DNA of 36,688 nucleotides from Gemmatimonadota bacterium (GTDB taxonomy: Bacteria > Gemmatimonadota > Gemmatimonadetes > Longimicrobiales > Gaopeijiaceae), in NCBI GenBank assembly GCA_039589315.1, contig JBDHHQ010000062.1:1-36688 (forward strand), read 5' to 3'. How positions within the stretch are numbered: position 1 is the stretch's first letter; each line of letters opens with the position of its first letter. The position numbers and the translations under genes are program-made. The notes under the pieces are model-generated. The model was not told the origin of the DNA, made no database searches, and saw only the letters and a list, made by a program, of their open reading frames with translations. Below, one piece after another: positions 19,277 to 27,800 of the stretch.

Positions 19277-19582
19277 AAAAGGTCGCTGCTTGTGTCCGGG
19301 GTCTTCGTTGGCGGCTTCGTAGCCTCCCGGATTCTTTCACCGAAGCAGCCTGAACCGAGAAGTCGCCTTGCTGAAAGAATGACGGAGCGGTTCAGGTTGC
19401 GCATGGAGCGGATGCTGGCGTCGTTGCCGGAGGACTCCCCCCCGCGACTCGTGGTGTCCACGCTACCCCGATTGGCGGAACAGAATGAGCAGATCCTGGC
19501 CCTCTTGCGCGAGCAGAACACCCTGATGCGGGAGCTAGGCGCAAAACGGGAGGCAGACTGGGCTGAATCGGTGAGCGTCTGA
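19274..19582 (+). CDS. Hypothetical protein with N-terminal membrane anchor and coiled coil
   Basis: GGAGG RBS, hydrophobic N-terminus and C-terminal EQNEQILALLREQNTLMREL. Confidence 0.75.
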   Translation: MKRSLLVSGVFVGGFVASRILSPKQPEPRSRLAERMTERFRLRMERMLASLPEDSPPRLVVSTLPRLAEQNEQILALLREQNTLMRELGAKREADWAESVSV

Positions 19583-19648
19583 GCCTCCACCCGGTTGTCA
19601 TGGGCGCCGGCCGTTCGCCCGGCGCGGGTGAGCGGATGACCCTTATGC

Positions 19649-19678
19649 TTGATGAGGCACACCGTCAATCGGCATCTT
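19649..19678 (+). promoter_or_regulatory. Putative promoter TTGATG-N18-CATCTT
   Basis: Upstream of the header remnant at 19729 and the DUF6624 gene, with the recurring geometry. Confidence 0.5.
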
Positions 19679-19728
19679 CAGTCTACGGTCCGCCAGCGAG
19701 ATTCGCCGTGACCGCCGGAGGCGGCCTC

Positions 19729-19861
19729 TTGAACCGCCTAACACAACTCATTCGCGGGATCCGCCGTCGCGGTCTGTGGCAGGTGTTGGGGATCTACGTC
19801 GTCGGCGCGTGGGTTCCAGGCCGTGGACAAGCTTTCGACGGTCCTGCAGCTGCCCAGCTAG
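19729..19861 (+). pseudogene. Frameshifted remnant of the TPR-protein membrane header
   Basis: GGAGG, then TTG-NRLTQLIRGIRRRGLWQVLGIYVVGAWV. It continues in another frame as QAVDKLSTVLQLPS-TAG, where the family usually has LPxW. Confidence 0.75.
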
Positions 19862-19901
19862 CCACTTGGCGTTACGTAACATCGGCGTTGAGCTGAGAAG
19901 A

Positions 19902-20522
19902 ATGCGAAGAGTTCAACGGGTTCTAGCGTTAGGTCTGGTGGCATGGGCCTGCGGGGACGGCGAAAGGGAACCGCCCTGGGCACAGATCCATGAAGATCTC
20001 CTTGGGATGGAGGAGCGGGATCAAAAGGCGCGGCAGGGACTCACGGGAGCGTCGCTGAGAGACACGGTGCTCATGCGCCAAATGCTCGCCGTCGATTCCG
20101 CCCACACTGAGCGGTTGCGGGAGATCGTCGCGACGTATGGCTGGCCAGGAATCAGCGATGTTGGGGAGGATGGCGCGCATGCGGCATGGCTTCTTCTCCA
20201 ACACAGTTCCGACCACGAGTTCCAGCGCAGCACGTTGCCGCTGATGGAAGAAGCGGCACAGCATGGTGAGGCCTCGCGACGCTCGCTGGCTCTCCTCGTC
20301 GACCGGGTCCTGATCCACGAAAACAAGCCACAGCGATACGGAACCCAATTCAGGTTCGTTGAAGGTGGGATTGAGTTCCACCCGATCGAGGATCCGGAGT
20401 CAGTGGACGAGCGGCGTGCGAGTGTGGGGCTTCCGCCGTTGGAGGAGTACCGACGGATGTCCGAGCAGTTCTACGATGTCGGGGGCCGCGACACGCTGGA
20501 CGGGTCGGGCGGCCCACGGTAG
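19902..20522 (+). CDS. DUF6624-type lipoprotein
   Basis: Lipobox AWAC, plus DQKAR, YGWPGISDVG..GAHAAWLLLQHS, LVDR, QRYGTQ and VDERRASVGLPPLEEY. Confidence 0.85.
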   Translation: MRRVQRVLALGLVAWACGDGEREPPWAQIHEDLLGMEERDQKARQGLTGASLRDTVLMRQMLAVDSAHTERLREIVATYGWPGISDVGEDGAHAAWLLLQHSSDHEFQRSTLPLMEEAAQHGEASRRSLALLVDRVLIHENKPQRYGTQFRFVEGGIEFHPIEDPESVDERRASVGLPPLEEYRRMSEQFYDVGGRDTLDGSGGPR

Positions 20523-20665
20523 CTGGCGCCTCGTCGCGGGTCGCTCCTCGAAGCGATGAGTCTTGATGGCGTGCTCCCGTCACACCTACGGTGTTCACGT
20601 CGCTGCGCGGTCAGCACGTAGGTCGCGCAGCAGAACCGCAGAACCGCTAGAACGCGTCGAAGGAG

Positions 20666-21391
20666 TTGCACATCTCGAAGACAACAACGATCCCGTGGCT
20701 GCGTGTCCTAGCGGAGGGCGCCGTGATCGTCCTTAGCATCTTGCTGGCGTTTGGGATCGACGCGTGGTGGGAGGGGAGGGCAGAGCTCGGCCAGACCCGT
20801 GAGCACCTCGCTGCGGTGCGTCTCGAGTTGTTCGAGAACGCCCGCCTTCTCGACGAACAAGCAGTGTCTTGCGAGCGAAGTCGCGCCGCGAATGAGGGGC
20901 TCTTTTCGCTGATGGGTCCCAACCCCGAGCCGGTGCCGCCCGACTCGCTCGTGAGCCTGGTGGCGGAGGCGTTATTCCCAGGCGTCGGTAATCGTCTCAG
21001 CACGACCGCTATTGACGCCATGATCGCCGAGGGACAGTTCGCCGCGATCCAGTCTGCCGACCTTCGGCTCGGCCTGGGCGATTGGCTGTCGTCCGAGGTC
21101 AACCAACGGAGCCAGCAGAGAGACAACACGAGAGCGCAGCTCAGAGAGACGCAGGCCTATGTTGAGACGATCATGCCCTACGGACTCGTAAGAGCCCGCT
21201 GGAGCTCGCTATCGGACCTGCCGGAATCTCGCTTTCGGTTGGACGTGGATCGCGTGTTGGGCGATGCGACCCTTGAGGGTTCGTTGTCCCAGCTGGCCCT
21301 CTGGAGACAGTCGATCTGCAACTCGGACTCCCGACGCCAGGAAAAGCTGAAGACGCTTCTTGTTCTTCTGGACGCTGAACTGGCGGAATGA
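20666..21391 (+). CDS. Hypothetical single-TM protein (IPWxR..EG.VIV.SILLAF.IDAWW family, DUF6090-like)
   Basis: N-terminal TM motif followed by a long helical region. The start is uncertain (TTG 20666 or ATC 20672). Confidence 0.8.
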   Translation: MHISKTTTIPWLRVLAEGAVIVLSILLAFGIDAWWEGRAELGQTREHLAAVRLELFENARLLDEQAVSCERSRAANEGLFSLMGPNPEPVPPDSLVSLVAEALFPGVGNRLSTTAIDAMIAEGQFAAIQSADLRLGLGDWLSSEVNQRSQQRDNTRAQLRETQAYVETIMPYGLVRARWSSLSDLPESRFRLDVDRVLGDATLEGSLSQLALWRQSICNSDSRRQEKLKTLLVLLDAELAE

Positions 21392-21655
21392 TCCGCCGAG
21401 CGGTCGCCCGCCGCGCTTCAGTGCCCGCAATCCAACACGTTGTCCAAGTCGGACGGCGTTGTCCCGAGTGTCCGTCTGGAAGTTCGCGGAGCGGACTGAC
21501 CGGAGCGTGATCTACGGTAATCGTCGTCTGGGCCGGAGCGTGTGATTCGATCGCAATGGGGGCTATGTCGACACGCCTGGGTGGTGACGGGATCCCGGGA
21601 CCGGGACCGTGCTCTTGCTAGTGCGGGTCATGGATCCGTCCACTGGAGGTGTGAG

Positions 21656-23095
21656 ATGAGACGCTGGACAGCCCTCTTCCTCGTGGCTGGGTTGGCCGTT
21701 GCCGGCGCGCCGCTTCAAGGACAGGAGACCTACGACCTCGTCATTACCGGGGGCCGGGTCATGGATCCGGAGACGGGCCGCGACGAGGTCGCCAACGTCG
21801 GCGTCCGTGACGGGCGCATCGGGGTCATCACCACCGAGCAGCTCCGCGGCGAGCGCGTCATCGACGCCACCGGGCACATCGTGGCGCCGGGCTTCATCGA
21901 CGTGCTGTCGGGGATTGCCGCCCGCCGGTTGGCCCACGAGGACAAGGTGGCCGACGGCGTGACCACCACCTTCGGGATGCACGGCGGCCCGCTGGACGTC
22001 TCGGGATACGCGGCGGAGCAGAGGGCCATCGGCCCGGCGGTGAACTTTGCCAAGACCGTGGATCACCGGGCCGTGCGCCGAGCGGCCGGCGCTACCGACG
22101 CCTACGCCTCGGCCCTCCCGGAGCAGATCCCCGTCATGAAGAACCTGGCCCGCCAGGCCATCCGGGCCGGGGCCGTGGGCATCGGCTTCGGCCTGAACTA
22201 CGCGCCGGGGACCTCGTACGAGGAGGTCTACGCCATGTTCGAGGTGGCGGCGGAGGAGAACGTCCCCGTGCACCTCCACGCCCGGTACAAGGGGAACGTC
22301 TTCCCCCAGACCATGAGCCTGGCCGTCATGGAGGTCGTCGCCATGGCAGCCGCCACCGGCGCCCAGGCGCAGATCGCCCACCTCATCTCCTCCACCGTGG
22401 GGTCGGCGCCTCTGTCCATCGCGCTGCTGGAGGGCGCCCAGGCCCACGGCGTGGACGTGGGCTTCGACTTCCATGTGTGGACGCGTAACCAGACCACACT
22501 GCAGTCGGCCCTGTACGACGAGGGGTGGGAGGAGCGCTTCGGCGGCGCCACCTATTCCGACCTGTTTGTGGCTCGCACCCAGGAGCAGCTCAACGAAGCG
22601 CGCTTCTTCGAGCTCCGGGCTCAGGAGGAGGCCGTGGCGGTGCAGACGGAGTTCATCCCCGAGGAGGAGATCGTCATGGGGATCCGGGCGCCGCACGGCA
22701 TCATCAGCTCCGACGGCGGCGGCCTGGTGAACGGCACCGGGCACCCCCGTAGCGTGGGAACCTTCGCCCGGTTCCTGGGCCGCTACGTCCGGGACCAGGG
22801 GGTGCTGGACTGGTTGGAGGGGCTGAAGCGCATCACGCTCCTGCCGGCACAGCGCCTGGAGCGCTCGGTGCCGCGAATGACCCGGAAAGGCCGTCTGCAG
22901 GTGGGCATGGACGCGGACATCACCGTTTTCCAGCCCGCCACGGTGCAGGAGCGCGCAACCTACGCGAATCCCGACCGGCGCAGCGCCGGCATCCCCTTTG
23001 TCATCGTCAACGGCGTGGTGACGGTGGACCACGGAGTGGTGCAGAGCGATGCCGCGGCGGGAGAGTGGATGCGGCACCCGGGGTGGGTAAAGTAG
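21656..23095 (+). CDS. Secreted amidohydrolase, D-aminoacylase/D-glutamate deacylase-like
   Basis: GGAGG RBS and a signal peptide, plus YDLVITGGRVMDPE, APGFID, SSDGG, HPRSVGTFARFLG and KGRLQVGMDADITVF. Confidence 0.9.
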   Translation: MRRWTALFLVAGLAVAGAPLQGQETYDLVITGGRVMDPETGRDEVANVGVRDGRIGVITTEQLRGERVIDATGHIVAPGFIDVLSGIAARRLAHEDKVADGVTTTFGMHGGPLDVSGYAAEQRAIGPAVNFAKTVDHRAVRRAAGATDAYASALPEQIPVMKNLARQAIRAGAVGIGFGLNYAPGTSYEEVYAMFEVAAEENVPVHLHARYKGNVFPQTMSLAVMEVVAMAAATGAQAQIAHLISSTVGSAPLSIALLEGAQAHGVDVGFDFHVWTRNQTTLQSALYDEGWEERFGGATYSDLFVARTQEQLNEARFFELRAQEEAVAVQTEFIPEEEIVMGIRAPHGIISSDGGGLVNGTGHPRSVGTFARFLGRYVRDQGVLDWLEGLKRITLLPAQRLERSVPRMTRKGRLQVGMDADITVFQPATVQERATYANPDRRSAGIPFVIVNGVVTVDHGVVQSDAAAGEWMRHPGWVK

Positions 23096-23497
23096 GTTCA
23101 GCCGCCTCGGCCGCTTCGATCACGGTGACGTAGATGAGGATCGGATAGCCGACATCAACCTGTCGGCGGGGCGCGACGGAAGCTGCTATCCACCCCTCCG
23201 GGAGGTCGATCTCGATGGTCTTCTTCTCCGGGCGGTTGGGCACCCCGATCATCCTTCTATCCCACATTGTAACGACCTCCACAACGTGAAATGCGACCGA
23301 CATCGGTCTGCGGATGCCCCCCTCCACAGGCTGAACGGACCTGCGATTCCGCTTCGCGGCTCAGTCTGTCCACCGCGTCAGCAGCGATTCGGCGATCACC
23401 CGGCCGGCAAACTCGACTTGTGATCACAGTTGTCCAGCGTGTGGTGGGGACGGCATTACCCGCGAGGAGTTGGCAGAGCCGGAGACCCTGCTGCGTC

Positions 23498-26056
23498 CTA
23501 CCTAGGCACCCGCTCCTCGAGCAGCGTGGTAAGGTTCTGCACGTATACCATGGGCCCCGGTTGGGCTTCGCTCAGGTACCGCCACACGAGGAGTCGACCG
23601 TCGGGGGCCACGTCGAAGGGCGCGTCGAGGAAGGCCAGGATCGAGAAGCCGTCCGCGGGGAAGAGGATCTGCGATGCGCCGAACGCGAAGGTCGGCGACA
23701 GCTGGACCGAGACCGCCACCATGCCCTGGTCGCTGGCGTAGAAGAGTTCGCGCCCGTCCCGCGACCAAACCGGACTGGACCCACCCTCCGACGACACCTT
23801 CCACTTCCCGTCGCCGCTGTTGGGGAAGGGCACGACGTACACCTCGTGCCGACCGGTCTCGTTCGAGGAGTACGCGAGCCAACGGCCGTCCGGGGAAAGG
23901 TTGTGCGCCAGCTCCTGCGCCGGCGTGGCTACGATCTCCGTGGGTACCGAGTCCCGTCCGGGACGCACGGCCCGGATGTCCCCCGAGCCCGTCAGATTGA
24001 CATTGGTCCGGTACACGAGCCACTCACGGTCTGGCGACCAGTGCGGACTGATGATCTCGATCTCGTCCGTGTGCGTGAGAACCAGCTGGCCGGTGCCGTC
24101 GGCGCTGCGCGTATGGAGAGCCGTGTCGCCGTCCACGAGCACCGAGTCGCCCTCCGGCGTCCACGACGTCCGGCCTCCCTCGCCTGCGAACGTGAGCTGG
24201 ACCGACGGGCTCCCGTCGAAGCGCCGCACCCACAGGTTGCCGTCCTGGGCGAACGCCACCGCCGAGCCATCGGGGGAAATGGAGGGGTAGCCCATCCCGT
24301 GGTTCCAGTCGGGGCCGAGAGCATCGACCGCGCCGTCTCGGTCCACCCAGACCCGCTCGCCCTCCCTGGACGGCGACGGGCGCTGGAAGAGCAGCGCGCC
24401 GCTGGCCGATGCCGCGAACTCGGTGTAGGAGCTTCCGCGCACCCAAACGTCGTCCCACAGCGCCACAGCCTGGCCCATCTCCAGCGTCTCGAGATTGAAG
24501 GGCGCGGCCCACAGGGTGCCGTCGAAGGTCGTGTAGACGATGTGCCCCGAGGTGACGTACCGCGCCCCGGTTCCGTCCCCGATCTCGCGCAGCTCGCCCC
24601 CCTCGGGACCCACGACCGCAATTCGGCTGAAGCGGGCCGTGCTCCTTCGAACCGCCATCAGAAGGCCGCTGTTTCCGGGAAGGGCCTGCGGCGCGAGGAG
24701 GTCGGCGTCTGCCTGAGGTGTCCAGGCTTCGGCATCCCCTCCCGCCGGAGGCAGCCTGAAGATCGTCTCGTTCCGCACGAAGAAGAGGGCGCCGTCGTCT
24801 CCCCAAGTCGGATCCAGTCCTTCCCCGACGGTCACGCCGGGCCCACCCTCCAGGGGGACGGTCCTCACCATGGGCGGAACGACGAACGCCAGGGTGCGTC
24901 CGCCTGCGGAAACCACCGGGCTGCCCCCACCCTCGGTTCCGGCGATGGGCTCCGACGCCATGTCGAACAGGGACCGTCTCCAGAGAACCGGCTTTCCGTC
25001 TCCGTCCTGGGCCTGATAGACGACCTGACTGCCATCCGGTGTCAGCGCAGAGGCTACACCCGACTCCCACCACATCGCGGGCTGCGGCTCCCTGCCGCTC
25101 GGTTGCAGGAGCATCCAGCCGATGGTGACGGCGAGCACGACGGTAGTGGCGGCCAGCGCGGCGGTTGTGCCGCGGCTGCCCACGACAGCGGCGCTCGCGG
25201 CGGCTTCCTCTCCGTGCCGGAAGCCCGGGTTGGCCAGCGCGGCCGCCAGGCCGGCGGCCGTGGAGAACCGGTCCGCCGGGACCTTCTCGAGTGCCTTGCG
25301 GATCGACGCGTCCACATGGGCCGGCACCGCGGAGCGCCTCTCCGTGGTGGAGACCGGCTTACCACTGATGATCTGACCCAGCACCGCCTGGGCCGTCGAG
25401 CCCAGGTAGGGCGGATCGCCGACGAGCATCTCGTACAGGACGCAGCCCAGCGAGTAGATGTCGCTCCGCGCGCCGACCTGCTGATCGCCCGTCGCCTGCT
25501 CCGGGCTCATGTAGTACGGCGTGCCGACGCTGAGGCCCGTTTCGGTGAGCCGCGCACCGCCACCCGCGCCGACCGCGAGGGCGATCCCGAAGTCGCCCAC
25601 CACCGGCTGGCCGCCCTGGAAGAGGATGTTGGCCGGCTTGATGTCCCGGTGCACCACGCCGTGCTCGTGGGCGAAGTTCAGCGCGTTGGCCACTGCGGTG
25701 GCGATCCTCACCGCCTCATCCACCGGGAGCTGCTTCTCCGTCTCGAGTCGTTCCCTCAGCGTCTCCCCTTCCACGTACGGCATCACGTAATAGAGGAAGG
25801 AGTCCGCCTCTCCCGAGTCGTACAGCGGCAGGATGTTCGGGTGCTGCAGGTTCGCCGTGGTCTCGATCTCGGCCAGGAAGCGTTCGGCGCCGACCACCGC
25901 CGCGAGCTCTGGCTTGAGGACCTTGAGCGCGACGCTGCGGTTGTGCTTCAGGTCCTTGGCCAGGTAGACCGTGGCCATGCCGCCCTCGCCGAGCTCACGT
26001 TCGATGCTGTAGCGGCCCTCGAGAGCGTCCTTCAGCCGGGTGACGGGGTCGGGCAC
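23498..26056 (-). CDS. Ser/Thr protein kinase (Hanks type) - TM - PD40/TolB-like beta-propeller
   Basis: LGEGGMATVY, VALKVL, HRDIKPANIL, DFG, GTPYYMSPEQ, a TM segment, and repeated SPDG/WSPD blades. GAGGA precedes GTG 26056. Confidence 0.93.
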   Translation of the reverse strand: MPDPVTRLKDALEGRYSIERELGEGGMATVYLAKDLKHNRSVALKVLKPELAAVVGAERFLAEIETTANLQHPNILPLYDSGEADSFLYYVMPYVEGETLRERLETEKQLPVDEAVRIATAVANALNFAHEHGVVHRDIKPANILFQGGQPVVGDFGIALAVGAGGGARLTETGLSVGTPYYMSPEQATGDQQVGARSDIYSLGCVLYEMLVGDPPYLGSTAQAVLGQIISGKPVSTTERRSAVPAHVDASIRKALEKVPADRFSTAAGLAAALANPGFRHGEEAAASAAVVGSRGTTAALAATTVVLAVTIGWMLLQPSGREPQPAMWWESGVASALTPDGSQVVYQAQDGDGKPVLWRRSLFDMASEPIAGTEGGGSPVVSAGGRTLAFVVPPMVRTVPLEGGPGVTVGEGLDPTWGDDGALFFVRNETIFRLPPAGGDAEAWTPQADADLLAPQALPGNSGLLMAVRRSTARFSRIAVVGPEGGELREIGDGTGARYVTSGHIVYTTFDGTLWAAPFNLETLEMGQAVALWDDVWVRGSSYTEFAASASGALLFQRPSPSREGERVWVDRDGAVDALGPDWNHGMGYPSISPDGSAVAFAQDGNLWVRRFDGSPSVQLTFAGEGGRTSWTPEGDSVLVDGDTALHTRSADGTGQLVLTHTDEIEIISPHWSPDREWLVYRTNVNLTGSGDIRAVRPGRDSVPTEIVATPAQELAHNLSPDGRWLAYSSNETGRHEVYVVPFPNSGDGKWKVSSEGGSSPVWSRDGRELFYASDQGMVAVSVQLSPTFAFGASQILFPADGFSILAFLDAPFDVAPDGRLLVWRYLSEAQPGPMVYVQNLTTLLEERVPR

Positions 26057-26093
26057 GAGCTTGTCCTCGATGGGGCATCTCTGACGCGACAAA

Positions 26094-26123
26094 AAGATCC
26101 TGCCCGCCGCCCTAGTGGCGCAA
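26094..26123 (-). promoter_or_regulatory. Putative promoter TTGCGC-N18-GATCTT
   Basis: Conserved with the upstream region of the second kinase. Confidence 0.5.
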
Positions 26124-26322
26124 GAAGACAGAGCGCGTGGGTCTACCCCTGTTGGAACTCGATGACTGAGCTGAGACGCTGACACTCGAAGATGCAGATC
26201 TCGATCTCAGGAATCCACGCGATGATCGTATCAGGCCCCACCAACTCGACCAGGTACACGAATGGGCCTTGGGGGCTCCCCTAGATTCGCTGCCACTGAG
26301 TAACCCGTCTGAAATCCCCTGC

Positions 26323-26958
26323 CTACCAGCGCAGCGGTACCGAGACGCCGAGTGTGAATCGGCCAGTGGGACGAACCGCTACCGCGGGCTTGGCGGGTGG
26401 CTCCACGGTTGCCCATTTTTCAGTCTTGATCAGCGAGCCAATGCCTGCACCGACGCCAAGGCCGAGAAGACCAGCCAGAACCTCTTCGGTCGGCCCCGTA
26501 TTCACCCTGATACACAAGGCACACAGTGGACTGTCGCATGTGGGAGGCGGAGGAGGACAGTCAGGTTCGGAGGTCGATGCCAGCGCGACACCGACTCCTA
26601 CGCCGAACCCGACCAAGGCACCCCAACCTGCATTGCCCGATCCGCCCTGACTCACCTCGACCGATTCGACCTCCGACAGCTCCCATGAGAGTTCCGTAGT
26701 GTCGGTCGCGGCGGCTGCCCAGGACTTCTCGCATTGAGCCCAATGCTCGTTCAGGCAGCGAAACGCCCGTCCGTCATCCGCTGATTGTGTCCGAATGCCG
26801 ATACGCGCCGAATCCAGCGCTACGATTGTACCGACCATCCTTCGGCTGGCCTCCGTAACGCGCACTCTGTCGCCCAGCTCCAGCAGGGGCTCCTCCTGCT
26901 GAGCCACCAACGGTGCCGAGAGCAGCAGTAGTGCCGCCGTGATCGATCCTGCAGTCAT
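26323..26958 (-). CDS. Secreted or membrane hypothetical protein with glycine-zipper-like hydrophobic segments
   Basis: AAGGAGG RBS, signal peptide, GDRVRV domain, GALVGFGVGVG and GLLGLGVGAGIG, and a C-terminal beta-strand-like TLGVSVPLRW. Confidence 0.8.
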   Translation of the reverse strand: MTAGSITAALLLLSAPLVAQQEEPLLELGDRVRVTEASRRMVGTIVALDSARIGIRTQSADDGRAFRCLNEHWAQCEKSWAAAATDTTELSWELSEVESVEVSQGGSGNAGWGALVGFGVGVGVALASTSEPDCPPPPPTCDSPLCALCIRVNTGPTEEVLAGLLGLGVGAGIGSLIKTEKWATVEPPAKPAVAVRPTGRFTLGVSVPLRW

Positions 26959-27079
26959 GACGCACCTCCTTTCCGAGACGCGGCCTCACGACCACCCCTC
27001 GGTGCCACCTGTTCCGGCAGTCCTCGTCGTCAAGGTCACGAAGCCCTCGCAAGCGGAGCGGCCTGGCTGCAGCCGCTCT

Positions 27080-27508
27080 TCATGGCGGCGGAATCCGGCT
27101 CTCCATCCAGCACTTGGACATTCCATTACCGCTTGGCGCGCGAGTCCACTTGGACGCGTATCCCACATGGTCAATGCCATTGATCCACCAGTGGCAGTAC
27201 CAGCCACTCAGGACCTGAGCCTTCTCGATTGGCGGAAGACCCTCGAAGAAGCACATGGCGATGGCCTTCCCACCGGGTTTGTGTATGAACGTGACGTCGT
27301 TCGTTCTGAAGGCACCAAAATGACAATTGCCGCTGTTCGGTTGCCCCTTGCCTCGGTTGTAGACGTAGGTACCACCGCCTTGCGCACCGAGCGAGGTCAG
27401 TTCACCAAGAGCGGGATCTACGCTGAGGGCTGGTGGTGTGGGAGAGTCACCGTCGCCGCATCCATGGAGCAGCAGTGAGCAGAATCCGATCAGGAAGATC
27501 GATCTCAT
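27080..27508 (-). CDS. Hypothetical lipoprotein with four further Cys
   Basis: GGAGG RBS, lipobox LHGC, and a small beta-rich domain with 4 Cys. Confidence 0.75.
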   Translation of the reverse strand: MRSIFLIGFCSLLLHGCGDGDSPTPPALSVDPALGELTSLGAQGGGTYVYNRGKGQPNSGNCHFGAFRTNDVTFIHKPGGKAIAMCFFEGLPPIEKAQVLSGWYCHWWINGIDHVGYASKWTRAPSGNGMSKCWMESRIPPP

Positions 27509-27588
27509 CACATCATCCTCCTGCCGACGAGCAGGAACCCACCGGGGGGCCATCGGCTTTGCTCCTGCCCGGCGGGGGAAGGGCTGGC
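27506..27588 (-). promoter_or_regulatory. Conserved structured 5' leader, copy 2
   Basis: The reverse complement CCCCGCCGGGCAGGAGCAAAGCCGATGGCCCCCCGGTGGGTTCCTGCTCGTCGGCAGGAGGATGATGTGATG aligns with 19204-19276. Confidence 0.7.
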
Positions 27589-27625
27589 GTACCCAAGAAG
27601 CTGCCGCAGTCGAGTCAAGCCGGAG

Positions 27626-27685
27626 TCAAGTGAGCAGGGCACCCAGAACGAGCTCGCACTCCTGGATCCGATTCAGAAGGGACAT
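27626..27685 (-). pseudogene. Degenerate remnant of the TPR-protein header (19 aa)
   Basis: MSLLNRIQECELVLGALLT*. Its DNA GAG TGC GAG CTC GTT CTG compares with GAG CGC AAG CTC GTT CAG in the 18967 copy. Confidence 0.55.
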
Positions 27686-27800
27686 CGATCGTACAGGCGG
27701 CCTGCTGTATAGGCGTGGGGTTGCCTCTGCTGTCCCCGTCGCGTGTGGAAGGAGGCCGCGGCCTGAGCTGGCAGGACGCGATCGCCTGGCTGCAGCGAGC

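Noticed and set aside
23096..23430. Protein-like minus-strand scraps (KTIEIDLPEGW...; QVEFAGRVIAESLLTRWTD)
   Set aside because: No assignable family or credible start, and the ORF runs into the convergent gene. Possibly debris.
23291..26182. 963-aa + strand ORF
   Set aside because: Antisense shadow of the kinase gene. The same applies to 6781..7998, 13070..14251, 21563..23077, 28209..29207, 32543..33577 and 35230..36288.
27540..27580. GCAAAGCC motif suggesting a c-di-GMP-I riboswitch
   Set aside because: The motif is absent from the other copy of the leader, and the GGCAAAC/GNRA P2 stem is missing.
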